Below are positions 45,271-54,160 of a stretch of 64,000 bases of DNA, in pieces (position 1 is the stretch's first letter; each line of letters begins with the position of its first letter). The notes beneath the pieces were generated by a model. The model did not search any database, was not told the origin of the DNA, and saw only the letters and a program-made list of their open reading frames with translations. This DNA is from an uncultured Candidatus Peribacteria bacterium (GTDB lineage: Bacteria; Patescibacteriota; Gracilibacteria; Peribacterales; Peribacteraceae): contig CAYRUZ010000004.1 in assembly GCA_964427895.1 (NCBI GenBank), positions 16,648 through 80,647 on the forward strand, read 5' to 3'. The position numbers and the translations under genes are program-made.

Positions 45271-46041
45271 ATGCGCACCACTCTGAAGTCGTCCATCCTC
45301 CTCACAGTTGCTTTCGTGGCCGTTCCGGCGATTGCCTCGGCCCAGGAGGTCACGACGCTGCCGGCCACGCCCTATGACACGATGCTGATGGCATTCGAAC
45401 GCCAGAGGATCAACATCATCAAGCGAGCGGAGCGGGCAGTGGTGAGCGTGAAAGCCACAACCCGCAACGGAGCGGAATCCGGCGGCACGGCATTCTTCAT
45501 CACGTCGGACGGCCTGCTGATGACCAACAGCCACGTGGTGACCGAGAACGCCAGCTACACGATCGAGACGAACGACGGCAATGAGTACGACGCGGTCGTT
45601 GTGCAGCGTGACAGGGCCGAAGATGTGGCGCTGCTGCGAGCCGATATTCCGCGGTCCTTCTTCCTGCGCCTGGCGCAGTCCGACACGCTCGAACTCGGCC
45701 AGACGGCCATCGCCATCGGCAACGCGCTGGGGGAATTGAGCAACACGGTGAGCGTGGGCGTCGTCTCGGGACTCGGACGCACGATCGAAGCCGAAAACCC
45801 GGACACCAACGGCTCGCTCGAGTACCTGGATGAAGTCGTGCAGACCGATGCGGCGATCAATGCGGGAAACTCCGGCGGACCCCTGCTCAACTCGCGCGGC
45901 GAAGTGATCGGCATGAACGTCGCGTACGCGGCGGGCAGCCAAAGCATCGGCTTCGCCATCCCCGCGAAACAGCTGCGCAGCCAGCTGTACAGCTATCGCA
46001 GAAGCACCCGCAGTACGTCGACGACAAGCACAGCGCGTTGA
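45271..46041 (+). CDS. secreted trypsin-like serine protease (S1C/HtrA-like, no PDZ)
   Basis: Signal peptide, then TNSHVV, DVALLR, GNSGGPLLN. Start ATG 45271. Confidence 0.85.
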   Translation: MRTTLKSSILLTVAFVAVPAIASAQEVTTLPATPYDTMLMAFERQRINIIKRAERAVVSVKATTRNGAESGGTAFFITSDGLLMTNSHVVTENASYTIETNDGNEYDAVVVQRDRAEDVALLRADIPRSFFLRLAQSDTLELGQTAIAIGNALGELSNTVSVGVVSGLGRTIEAENPDTNGSLEYLDEVVQTDAAINAGNSGGPLLNSRGEVIGMNVAYAAGSQSIGFAIPAKQLRSQLYSYRRSTRSTSTTSTAR

Positions 46042-46707
46042 TCAGTGAACGTGGGAATGCGGCTCGGCGTCGCGCGACCAAAACGCATCGATCTTGCCGG
46101 GCATGATGTAGTAGATCGGCAAAAGCAGGTAGAGGGCAATGCTCGCGGAAGCGCTGAAGAACGAGAGACCGATTGCTAGCGCGCAGACGATGGGCGTCAG
46201 GAGGATGCGGCGCTTCACCAAGGACACGAGCGTGGGAGAGATGCGGTGATCCACCAATCGGTGGTGCGTCGTCGCGTAACTCCACTGGGCATAGGCGAGG
46301 AAACCGATGATCGCCAGATGCACGCCGTAAAGCACGGGCACGTACCGCACCGTCCAGTACTGACCGAGCAGGGCCGTGGTGAACGGAATGACGGAGAGGG
46401 CGAGAAGGAAGAGCAGGTTCAGCCACAGGAACAGGCGATCCGTGAAACGGATGCTCGTGTAGAGGATGTGATGGCTCACCCAGAACACGCCGAGCATCAC
46501 GAAGCTCGCCACATAGCTGAAATAGATCGGCCAGGATGCCGCGAGGTATCCCCACAATTGGCCGGGTTTGATATCCGGAATCTTCAACTCGAGGACGAGC
46601 AGGGTCATCACGATGGAGAACACGCCGTCGGCCAAGTTCTTCGTGCGCGCTGTCGACAAATAGGACTTCTGTCCTTCGTCCACGGGAAGCGCGTGCGGGT
46701 GGAGCAT
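46042..46707 (-). CDS. TMEM175/DUF1211-family potassium channel-like protein
   Basis: Signature LADGVFSIVMTLLVLEL, six TM helices. TATACT-N6-ATG 46707. Confidence 0.8.
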   Translation of the reverse strand: MLHPHALPVDEGQKSYLSTARTKNLADGVFSIVMTLLVLELKIPDIKPGQLWGYLAASWPIYFSYVASFVMLGVFWVSHHILYTSIRFTDRLFLWLNLLFLLALSVIPFTTALLGQYWTVRYVPVLYGVHLAIIGFLAYAQWSYATTHHRLVDHRISPTLVSLVKRRILLTPIVCALAIGLSFFSASASIALYLLLPIYYIMPGKIDAFWSRDAEPHSHVH

Positions 46708-46776
46708 GGGGACAGTATAACCGAAGGCGGCGAATCGGCTCGGGCAGTCCCCTGGACATGTTCGTGCGACGAGGCG

Positions 46777-47967
46777 TCAGGCGACATTTGCCCGCTCGCG
46801 GGTCCGCGCGATGCCAACCTTGAACGTCGTGCCGACATTCGGCTTGCTCTCGACGTCGATGGACCAGCCGTGGAGATGCACGATGCGCTGGACGAGTGCA
46901 AGCCCCAAGCCGAAGCCGCCACCGGACCTGGAGGGGTCGACTTGGTAGAAACGGTTGAAGAGGTTTGGCAAGTCGCCGGAGGCGATGCCGATGCCGTTGT
47001 CTGCCACGAGGATGGCCGAAGGGGTGAGCGTCACGGTCACCGTCGGTTGTTTGCCCCTGCGGAACTTGATGGCGTTGGAGATGAGATTGACGATCATCTG
47101 CCGCACGAGCGCGGGATCGGCTTTTGCGGTGATGTTGGCAGCGATGGAAGCGGTGAGGGCCACGCCGCTCTCGGAAGCCAGCGGTCGCATGTGTTCCACG
47201 GCCTGTCCGACGACGGCAGACAGATCTGCCTTCTCCAACACGAGCGCGGCATCCAGGCGGGTGAGTTCAAGCAAGCGTTCGACCAAACCGATGACCTGCC
47301 GCAGGTCTTGCTTGGCGGATTCGATCCCCTCCCGATACTTCTTGGTACGCAGTGCGAGGTCGAGCGACGAACTGAGCGCAGCCAGCGGAGTGCGCAATTC
47401 GTGGCTGGCGTCCTGCGTGAACTGTTCGAGACGCACCATCATTTCTTCCGCCGGACGCAGGCTTCTGCGCGCGAAAGAGACGCCGACGATATAGATGAGG
47501 GCGGAGACCGCGATGCTCACGAGGAAATAGAGCAGGCCCCGCGCGGGCAGATCGCGCCACGCGCCGTGCTGGCGTTCGGCGACCTGCAGGAACCCGATGA
47601 CGCCTCCGTCGCCGATGATGGGTTGGGTGAGGACGTCGAACTCATCGGTGCCGACGGTCGCCTCGTCGAAGCCCAGCTGTCCGTCGAAGGGAACGCCCAC
47701 GAACATGGCTCCGCCGAATACGACATTTCCGTCGGCATCGAGAATGCGCATGCGTTCCCGGATCATCGGGGGCAGATTCTCGGGAAAGGCCAGGGCCGTG
47801 GAGCCGCGGTCGGCGATGAGCCGCGCAGTGCGATCGAGCACGAAATGTGCCTGGCGCTGTGTATTGCCAAGATCGGCGGCAAGGAAAAGGACTCCGTTGA
47901 TGAGGAGCAGGAGAAAGACCAGTGCGGTGAACTGGAGGGCGATGCGATGTCCGATGCGTTGCAGCAC
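46777..47967 (-). CDS. sensor histidine kinase
   Basis: Two TM helices, H-box SHELRTPLAAL, HATPase boxes (ISNAIKF, DNGIGI, GGFGLGLALV). Confidence 0.9.
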   Translation of the reverse strand: MLQRIGHRIALQFTALVFLLLLINGVLFLAADLGNTQRQAHFVLDRTARLIADRGSTALAFPENLPPMIRERMRILDADGNVVFGGAMFVGVPFDGQLGFDEATVGTDEFDVLTQPIIGDGGVIGFLQVAERQHGAWRDLPARGLLYFLVSIAVSALIYIVGVSFARRSLRPAEEMMVRLEQFTQDASHELRTPLAALSSSLDLALRTKKYREGIESAKQDLRQVIGLVERLLELTRLDAALVLEKADLSAVVGQAVEHMRPLASESGVALTASIAANITAKADPALVRQMIVNLISNAIKFRRGKQPTVTVTLTPSAILVADNGIGIASGDLPNLFNRFYQVDPSRSGGGFGLGLALVQRIVHLHGWSIDVESKPNVGTTFKVGIARTRERANVA

Positions 47968-47968
47968 G

Positions 47969-48631
47969 TCAGGCGGAAGGAATGAGGTACCCGCGACCCG
48001 CGACCGTCCGGATCACGTTCTTCCCGAGCTTCTTTCGAAGGTAGGACACGTGCACGTCGACCGTCTGGGAGAAAAGCAACGAATCGCGATCGCCCCAGAC
48101 GTGTTCGAGAAGCGACGACCGCTCCTGGACGACGCCCCGGCGATGCAGAAGGTACTCGAAGAGAGCGTACTCCTTCGGAGAAAGAGCGACAGGCTTGCCG
48201 TCCTTCCACACCTCCTGGGTATTGGGGTCCAGCTGGATGTCCCCCACCGTCAGACGCGCCTGCTTGTCCGGTTGCTGCCGGCGAAGCAGGGCCCGCACGC
48301 GGGCAAGCAGCTCGGCAAGATCGAACGGCTTCGTAAGGTAATCGTCCGCGCCGATGGTAAGGCCGTGCACGATCTCACGCTGGGTCGTGCGGGCCGTGAG
48401 CATGAGGACCGGCATGCTTCGCCCGTGCTCACGCAGCATGGCGCAGATGGTGTACCCGTCCATGCCGGGCAGGTTGATGTCGAGAATGATGAGGTCCACC
48501 TCCCGGGTCATCGCCGTTTCGTATCCCGTGGTGCCGTCGCGGCAGACGGTGACGGCAAACTTCTCGAGTTCAAGATACTGCCGGATGTTGTCGGCAAGCT
48601 TCGCCTGGTCTTCGATAAGGAGGATATGCAT
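47969..48631 (-). CDS. OmpR/PhoB-family response regulator
   Basis: Receiver domain (LIILDINLPGMDG) plus winged helix (LSPKEYALFEYLL). 1-nt gap to the kinase gene. Confidence 0.95.
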   Translation of the reverse strand: MHILLIEDQAKLADNIRQYLELEKFAVTVCRDGTTGYETAMTREVDLIILDINLPGMDGYTICAMLREHGRSMPVLMLTARTTQREIVHGLTIGADDYLTKPFDLAELLARVRALLRRQQPDKQARLTVGDIQLDPNTQEVWKDGKPVALSPKEYALFEYLLHRRGVVQERSSLLEHVWGDRDSLLFSQTVDVHVSYLRKKLGKNVIRTVAGRGYLIPSA

Positions 48632-48664
48632 GGGAGAGGGTGAGTATAGCCTAAAACACCCGCC

Positions 48665-48732
48665 TTAAGACGTCATTAAGGCGCAGTTCGCACCGTTTCC
48701 GGCGCTCGGAAAGACCTTAATCTGCTCTTAAT
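48665..48732. promoter_or_regulatory. two pairs of 11-bp-phased direct repeats TTAA(G/T)-N6-TTAA(G/T), candidate response-regulator sites
   Basis: TTAAG at 48665 and 48676; TTAAT at 48717 and 48728. They lie in the divergent region between the regulator and cupredoxin genes. Confidence 0.3.
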
Positions 48733-48846
48733 ACGACACCAATAGGATGAAGCCCTCGGCATTTCGCGATTTTTCTCTCAATGCCGTCGAGGTATTGGGT
48801 ATGCTACCCGCCTACTCGTTCTCGTTTACCCCCTTTCCCTCATCAC

Positions 48847-49314
48847 ATGAGAAAACACCTGCTTCTCGCATCACTCATGGCCTCTGGCGCGGTGCTCGCC
48901 GCCTGCTCCACCCAGACTCCCGCACCGGCGGACAACACGGGTATCCCTTCTTCCGACCAGGAAGAGAGCACGCCCTCCCCGGCCGACACGACCGACACCG
49001 GTTCCGCGGATAACACCACCGCCGGCACCGACCAGGGCGAGCCGCGCGTCATCGCGATGACCGTCACCGACTGGGAGTTCAGCCAGAAAGAGATCCGCCT
49101 CAAGAAGGGCGAGAAGGTCACCGTCCGCCTCACGGGCGTCGAGGGCGACCACAGCTTCATGGCCAACGACCTCGGGCTCAACGTCGCCGTTGAACCGGGG
49201 GAAACGAAGGACTTCACGATCCCGACGGACACCACCGGCACGTTCGGATTCCGCTGCGGCATCCCCTGCGGACCCGGCCACCGCGACATGACGGGGCAGA
49301 TCATCATCGAATAA
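48847..49314 (+). CDS. stand-alone CuA-type cupredoxin lipoprotein (COX2 C-terminal-domain-like)
   Basis: Lipobox LAAC. DHSF-X32-CGIPCGPGHRDM gives the H-X34-C-X3-C-X3-H-X2-M CuA ligand spacing. Start ATG 48847. Confidence 0.75.
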   Translation: MRKHLLLASLMASGAVLAACSTQTPAPADNTGIPSSDQEESTPSPADTTDTGSADNTTAGTDQGEPRVIAMTVTDWEFSQKEIRLKKGEKVTVRLTGVEGDHSFMANDLGLNVAVEPGETKDFTIPTDTTGTFGFRCGIPCGPGHRDMTGQIIIE

Positions 49315-49387
49315 GCAAAGACACGAAAGAAGCGACCTCCCCTCTCCGCCTTGCTGGCGGAGGGGGGATTTGCGAGAATCGCAGGCA

Positions 49388-49837
49388 ATGCAGTGCTTCC
49401 TCCGCTCGGCTTGGTCCGGTGTCGTCACGGCTACGGCGTTCGCCGTCGCGACGGAGGGCGCGGCCGCCTGGTTCATCGCGCGCGGAACGACCGCATCACA
49501 AGAAGAAGTCGTGCGCTGGGTGACCATTGGCGGTTGGGCAACGGGTCCCATCGTCGGACTCCTGTGCCTGCTGCTCATCGCGCTGCTCAACGGCATCCGT
49601 CGTTTGTTGCACCTTCGAGCCAACCGTTACCTCCACGTACCTTTGCTGTTCGCGGGAGTGCTGCCGTGGATGATGGTGTCCTGGGAGCTCGTCATGAATG
49701 AGCCCCGCTACACGCCCTTCGCGGAGGCCATCATCGACCTCATCGCCAAGCCGCTGTTCCTCTCTTCCTTCGGCATGGGACTGCTGCTTTCCCTCATGTT
49801 CCTCCTCTCGCTGATCCCCTCGAAGAAGACCGCATGA
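49388..49837 (+). CDS. membrane protein, unknown function
   Basis: Four hydrophobic helices. GAGAAT-N8-ATG 49388 (track ORF starts at TTG 49370). Confidence 0.55.
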   Translation: MQCFLRSAWSGVVTATAFAVATEGAAAWFIARGTTASQEEVVRWVTIGGWATGPIVGLLCLLLIALLNGIRRLLHLRANRYLHVPLLFAGVLPWMMVSWELVMNEPRYTPFAEAIIDLIAKPLFLSSFGMGLLLSLMFLLSLIPSKKTA

Positions 49838-51177
49838 ACCGCCGCCTGCTCCCCGTCTTGGCTCTCCCGTGTACCCTGCTGCTCTGCGGATGCCTGGGTG
49901 ACGTGATGGAAGTCTTCTGCGAAGCATCGCCCGACAGCGATCACTGCTACCAGGCTGCCGCCGTGCAGGAAGCGGAACCTGAGACCTGCGACCAGGTGAG
50001 TGGCAAGAACTTCAAGGGCAGCAACCCGCCGAAGGACAAGTGCTTCCTGCAGATCGCGGAGAACACCGGCGATCCGTCGGTGTGTGACAGCATCGAAGGA
50101 GGCTTCATGAGCTATTCCAAGGAGGAGTGCCTCGACGGGGTGTTCCGCAATCACACGGTCGATTCCTGCAAGGACGCAGAGGATCAGATCAAGTGCCGCA
50201 CGGCATACGCGAAGAAGTTCGGAGAGTGCGGCGATGGCTACGCGTTCGACAAGAAGGCACAGACCTGCGCCATACGTCCGCCGAAGGAGGAAGGCAGCGA
50301 CGATGCCATCGAGAGCAAGGTGGAGGGCGACCTTACCACCATCGCCGACGCGGCGAAGGGCAAGTACATGGAGCTGCTCGAGAAGGCGATCGATGACGAG
50401 ACGGACCCGAACAAGCTCGCGGGCCTGCAGGCCTACAAGCACTTCCTGGATAAGGGGGGCGAGAAGTGGGAGCAGGTGAATGCCACGGTCGACACGCTGA
50501 AGGATCTCAAGCGCCTCTTCATCGACGCGTACGACCCATCGATGAACATCGACCGCATGTCCGTGGACAAGATCTTGGAGAAAGGCCTCTTCGATCGCAT
50601 CAAGGAGCGCGTGTTCGGCGCCGACAAGCCGACGGGGCTGTCCGCCGAGAACGCCCAGGCGGAGGATGCGCTGACCGTCTATGCGACGATGCTCAAGCGT
50701 CAGGGGGAGATCGATTTCCTCCAGAAGGGCCGCAAGGACCGCATCCAGGAGACGATCATCAGCAAGGCGAAGGATCAAGCCACCGAGAAGCTGAAGGACA
50801 CGGTGAAAGAAACGGTGGAAGGCGCGGCCGGCACTGCCTTCGGCGCGGTCACCGCGGTGGGCGATGCCCTGCAGGCATTCCAGGACGAGGCACAGAAGCA
50901 GATGTTCCTCGGTCTCGCGCGCGCCTACGACCGACGCCGCGAGGCGCTGGCGCAACAACACCCGAACATGGATCCGGAAGAGCTTCACCAACTCACGGTG
51001 AAACAGGTGAAGGAAGACCCGTACCAGGACAACACGCAGTTGGCGGTCGTGAAGCACGGCAACCTGCTGGAGAACAAGGACTGCCAGGATGACAGCAACC
51101 CGCTCTGCATCGATTCACGCGTCTGGTGGACGGCCATGGATAAAACCTACGTCTACAATCACAAACCGACTCGCTGA
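49834..51177 (+). CDS. lipoprotein with Cys-rich N-terminal region and Lys/Glu-rich helical region
   Basis: Lipobox LLLCGC. ATGA overlap with the upstream gene. 447 aa. Confidence 0.6.
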   Translation: MNRRLLPVLALPCTLLLCGCLGDVMEVFCEASPDSDHCYQAAAVQEAEPETCDQVSGKNFKGSNPPKDKCFLQIAENTGDPSVCDSIEGGFMSYSKEECLDGVFRNHTVDSCKDAEDQIKCRTAYAKKFGECGDGYAFDKKAQTCAIRPPKEEGSDDAIESKVEGDLTTIADAAKGKYMELLEKAIDDETDPNKLAGLQAYKHFLDKGGEKWEQVNATVDTLKDLKRLFIDAYDPSMNIDRMSVDKILEKGLFDRIKERVFGADKPTGLSAENAQAEDALTVYATMLKRQGEIDFLQKGRKDRIQETIISKAKDQATEKLKDTVKETVEGAAGTAFGAVTAVGDALQAFQDEAQKQMFLGLARAYDRRREALAQQHPNMDPEELHQLTVKQVKEDPYQDNTQLAVVKHGNLLENKDCQDDSNPLCIDSRVWWTAMDKTYVYNHKPTR

Positions 51178-51271
51178 AAGACCTAGAACTGACAGGCGCA
51201 AGAGGCAACGAACAGGCATGGTTTCGTCAGGAATAGACATCCATGTAGAATAGGGCTACTACCTATCTTCC

Positions 51272-51757
51272 ATGCGTCCTTCCGCTCGACTCACCTCCCT
51301 TCTCCTCGTCGTCGCACTTGCCGCCTGTACCGTTGAACCGGACGGCGCCGCCGAAGCACGTCTCTACCTGCAGCAAGTCGGACCGCTCGCGGCATCGATC
51401 GAAATACAGGGTGCGGAATTCGAGCGCGCCATGTCCGAGGACGAGCCCAGCGTTGACGCGGCGCAGAAACTGCTTGGCAGCCTCGAGTCGAGCATCGCCC
51501 AGCTCAATGCCATGGAAGCACCCAAGGACGAGACGGTCCTCAAGGCGCACAAGCAACTCATCCATTCACAGGAGCTGTTGAAGGAAGCGGTGACCGAAGT
51601 GATTCGTGCACTCAAGGATCCGACGCTGGCCGATGAGGCGTTCCAGGCGAAGGTCGACAAGTTGGTCAACGATGCGACCGCGGAGTCCAACGGTGCTCTC
51701 GACACGCTCGCGAGCGCCCTGCCGGAGGATGAGCGCCGCCAGTTGCTGAAGGAGTGA
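51272..51757 (+). CDS. helical lipoprotein (161 aa)
   Basis: Lipobox VALAAC. TAGAAT about 20 nt upstream. Confidence 0.6.
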   Translation: MRPSARLTSLLLVVALAACTVEPDGAAEARLYLQQVGPLAASIEIQGAEFERAMSEDEPSVDAAQKLLGSLESSIAQLNAMEAPKDETVLKAHKQLIHSQELLKEAVTEVIRALKDPTLADEAFQAKVDKLVNDATAESNGALDTLASALPEDERRQLLKE

Positions 51758-51841
51758 TCCACCCGCAAGGGGCCGAAATGTCCATTGCAGTCATTCGTGC
51801 GAAAGCATACGTTTGGCGCGAGTTCTTCCAGCTCACTCTCT

Positions 51842-52303
51842 ATGCTGCATCACTTTCGTAAGCACGCCAGCGCCCTCGAGAATTGGATGGCGCCCCTCTT
51901 TGCAAAGACCCCCCATCTCTCGCACAACGTGCGGCAGACACTGGTGAAAATCGCACCGTGGCTGGCCCTCATCGGCGGCGTCCTCGGCATCGCGACCATC
52001 TGGGGAACAGGCGTATTTACCAGCCTCTTCGCCTACGCCATCTTCTTCTCCGGCGGACTCTCGTTCGTCTGGATGCTCGCGCTCGTGCTGGGATTCATCT
52101 CGGCCGTGCTCGACTTGATGGCCTATAAACCGCTGAGCGAGCGCAGCAAGCGGGGCTGGGATCTGCTCTTCTATGGCAACGTCATCTCCGGCGCCGGCCT
52201 GATCCTTCAGTTCCTCGTGGGATATGGATCACTCGGCAGCATCCTGGGCATGCTGATCGGCTTCTGGCTGCTCTTCGAAGTGCGCGGGATGTACCACGCA
52301 TAA
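51842..52303 (+). CDS. small multi-TM membrane protein
   Basis: Start ATG 51842 (MLHHFRKHASALENW) within track ORF 51785..52303. Three to four hydrophobic helices. Confidence 0.5.
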   Translation: MLHHFRKHASALENWMAPLFAKTPHLSHNVRQTLVKIAPWLALIGGVLGIATIWGTGVFTSLFAYAIFFSGGLSFVWMLALVLGFISAVLDLMAYKPLSERSKRGWDLLFYGNVISGAGLILQFLVGYGSLGSILGMLIGFWLLFEVRGMYHA

Positions 52304-52344
52304 GCAGAACGCATAGCGCGGTTTTTTGCTTGTAAAAGGGGCAA

Positions 52345-52947
52345 TCAGCTTCGCTGGTAGTAGTAGAGCGTCGCACTCCCCCACGCCATCTGGCATGGCT
52401 GCGTGAGGACAAGCTGGAAGTGAGGAGATTCCAATCCTTTGCTGACGGTGATGACGCGCGACCCCGCCTTCAATCCTTCGCAGAGGCGTGTGATTTGCTG
52501 CATCAAGTCCGGTGAGAAGCAGGTGCAGTGCATGAAGACGATGTCGCCGTCGGAGAAGTCATGGGCGAGCATGTCGCCGCAGATGAACCGAATGTCCTGG
52601 TCCTGCTTATGAGCCGGAAGAACCGGACGGACTTCTGCGTTGTAGCGCGCCAGCGCGTTCTGCGCCGCCCCGTGGAGCTCATCGATCAGCTCAATACCGA
52701 CGCACTTGCCCAAGTCTGACATGAAGGCGGCATACAACACTCCTTTCCCGGTTCCTGCTCCGAGATCATAAAAGACCTCACCCGGTTGGGCGTTTGCGGC
52801 GGACAGCATGTTGGCGGTCACCTCTGGGGTGACCTCGCCGTACGTGAAATTTTCGGAATAGGAGGCATACCGCTCGCGCCCGGCACTGGAGAGGGCGTAC
52901 CCGTCGATGCCGTCGTACAGTAAGGTCTGAAGATCCTGCGTGGTCAT
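52345..52947 (-). CDS. class I SAM-dependent methyltransferase (DOT1-like motif spacing)
   Basis: Motif I VFYDLGAGTGKGVL, acidic post-I GIELID. Start ATG 52947 within track ORF 52345..53331. Confidence 0.7.
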   Translation of the reverse strand: MTTQDLQTLLYDGIDGYALSSAGRERYASYSENFTYGEVTPEVTANMLSAANAQPGEVFYDLGAGTGKGVLYAAFMSDLGKCVGIELIDELHGAAQNALARYNAEVRPVLPAHKQDQDIRFICGDMLAHDFSDGDIVFMHCTCFSPDLMQQITRLCEGLKAGSRVITVSKGLESPHFQLVLTQPCQMAWGSATLYYYQRS

Positions 52948-53053
52948 AGAGGTATGGAAGAAGACGGTTTGAGCTTTTGCGGTATCGAAAAAGTATAGCA
53001 GTTTGATGCGTCGCTGTCCACGAAGCCTCATCTGCCAGACATAAGCGCCGCAT

Positions 53054-53082
53054 TTGATAAAATGCACAAAATGTGATAGTAT
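53054..53082 (+). promoter_or_regulatory. strong promoter TTGATA-N17-TAGTAT, 6 nt before ATG 53089
   Basis: -35 at 53054-53059, -10 at 53077-53082. Implies a leaderless mRNA for the three-gene operon. Confidence 0.5.
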
Positions 53083-53088
53083 AGAAAG

Positions 53089-53517
53089 ATGGCAACACAC
53101 ACACTCTTCATGACGAGCCAAGAAGAAGAGGCACTCCGTGCACGATGGCAAGGACTGTGCGGCGACTGCGATGTCGTGCATGAGGAGACGTCGGGAACGG
53201 ATTCGCCGGCACGCATGCAGGCGCGCTTCCGGTTGTTGCACGTAAGCAACCCGACGCTCCAGCAATTCGCCGACCGCGCTTCCGCACTCGATGACATGGG
53301 CGACCTGCTGAATTTGATCGATCGCGCGCAATTCGACATGACGAAGGATGACGTCACGGAGCTGTGCTTCGTCCTGGGCCCCGTGCTGCTCGGCTCGCTT
53401 GTGGCTGAATTGTTAGCAGGAACGCCGGAGAACGAGGCTTTGGGCCTTATCGAGGCATTGACGCAGATCCGCCACGCGCACATCGAAGCACAGAATCTCC
53501 CCCACCCCGCCCAATGA
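53089..53517 (+). CDS. orphan protein (142 aa), first gene of the giant-protein operon
   Basis: Track ORF with native-like codon bias. The stop overlaps the next start (ATGA). Confidence 0.6.
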   Translation: MATHTLFMTSQEEEALRARWQGLCGDCDVVHEETSGTDSPARMQARFRLLHVSNPTLQQFADRASALDDMGDLLNLIDRAQFDMTKDDVTELCFVLGPVLLGSLVAELLAGTPENEALGLIEALTQIRHAHIEAQNLPHPAQ

Positions 53518-54158
53518 GCGTCGCACAACCAGCAGCGCCGACAGGACGCGAGCGATTCTATCCGACGCCCGAACGGCTGTCGCAATACCTCGAACGCAGT
53601 TACCAGCAGGTCACGACGTCGCTGCGGAGCGTGGAGGGCCGCGAGCGGCTGTACCGCGACTTGCTCCGTCACGAAGATGACCTTCGCTCGCGCGATCCGC
53701 ATTTCAGCGCGTCCGAACTGCGCCAGCAGTTGGACATGGTCGGCGAGACGCTCAACGAAAAGCGGTCGTACCTGAACAACGTCGACCGGGCCGAACGTGC
53801 GAGGTCATCGGATTCGCCGAGTGTCCTCGAGCGCGTGAAGAACGTCATCACCTATCCCTTCCGCCACCCGGTGAAGACATTGCTCGTCCTCGCGGGAGCG
53901 GCCGGACTGGTTGGCTTGGCGTACTACTTCCTCGGCGACCTGCTGTTGAAATACTTGCCGAATTACTCCGGCAAAGCGGCGAACGTCGCGAAGGCGCTCG
54001 TACCGGGCGCGACGGAGGAAATGGTGCTGCCCGGACAGGGGCAGTTCGCTTTCCCTCAAGCCACCCCGCCGCTCAAGGCCGTCGAAGATGCCATCCAGGA
54101 AGCGGCACCCAAAGTGATTCCTCCTCTCAAATCCGCCCCCGGTAACAGTCCCATGTAA
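53514..54158 (+). CDS. orphan single-TM protein (214 aa)
   Basis: TM helix TLLVLAGAAGLVGLAYYFLG. 2-nt gap to the giant gene. Confidence 0.6.
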   Translation: MSVAQPAAPTGRERFYPTPERLSQYLERSYQQVTTSLRSVEGRERLYRDLLRHEDDLRSRDPHFSASELRQQLDMVGETLNEKRSYLNNVDRAERARSSDSPSVLERVKNVITYPFRHPVKTLLVLAGAAGLVGLAYYFLGDLLLKYLPNYSGKAANVAKALVPGATEEMVLPGQGQFAFPQATPPLKAVEDAIQEAAPKVIPPLKSAPGNSPM

Positions 54159-54160
54159 CT

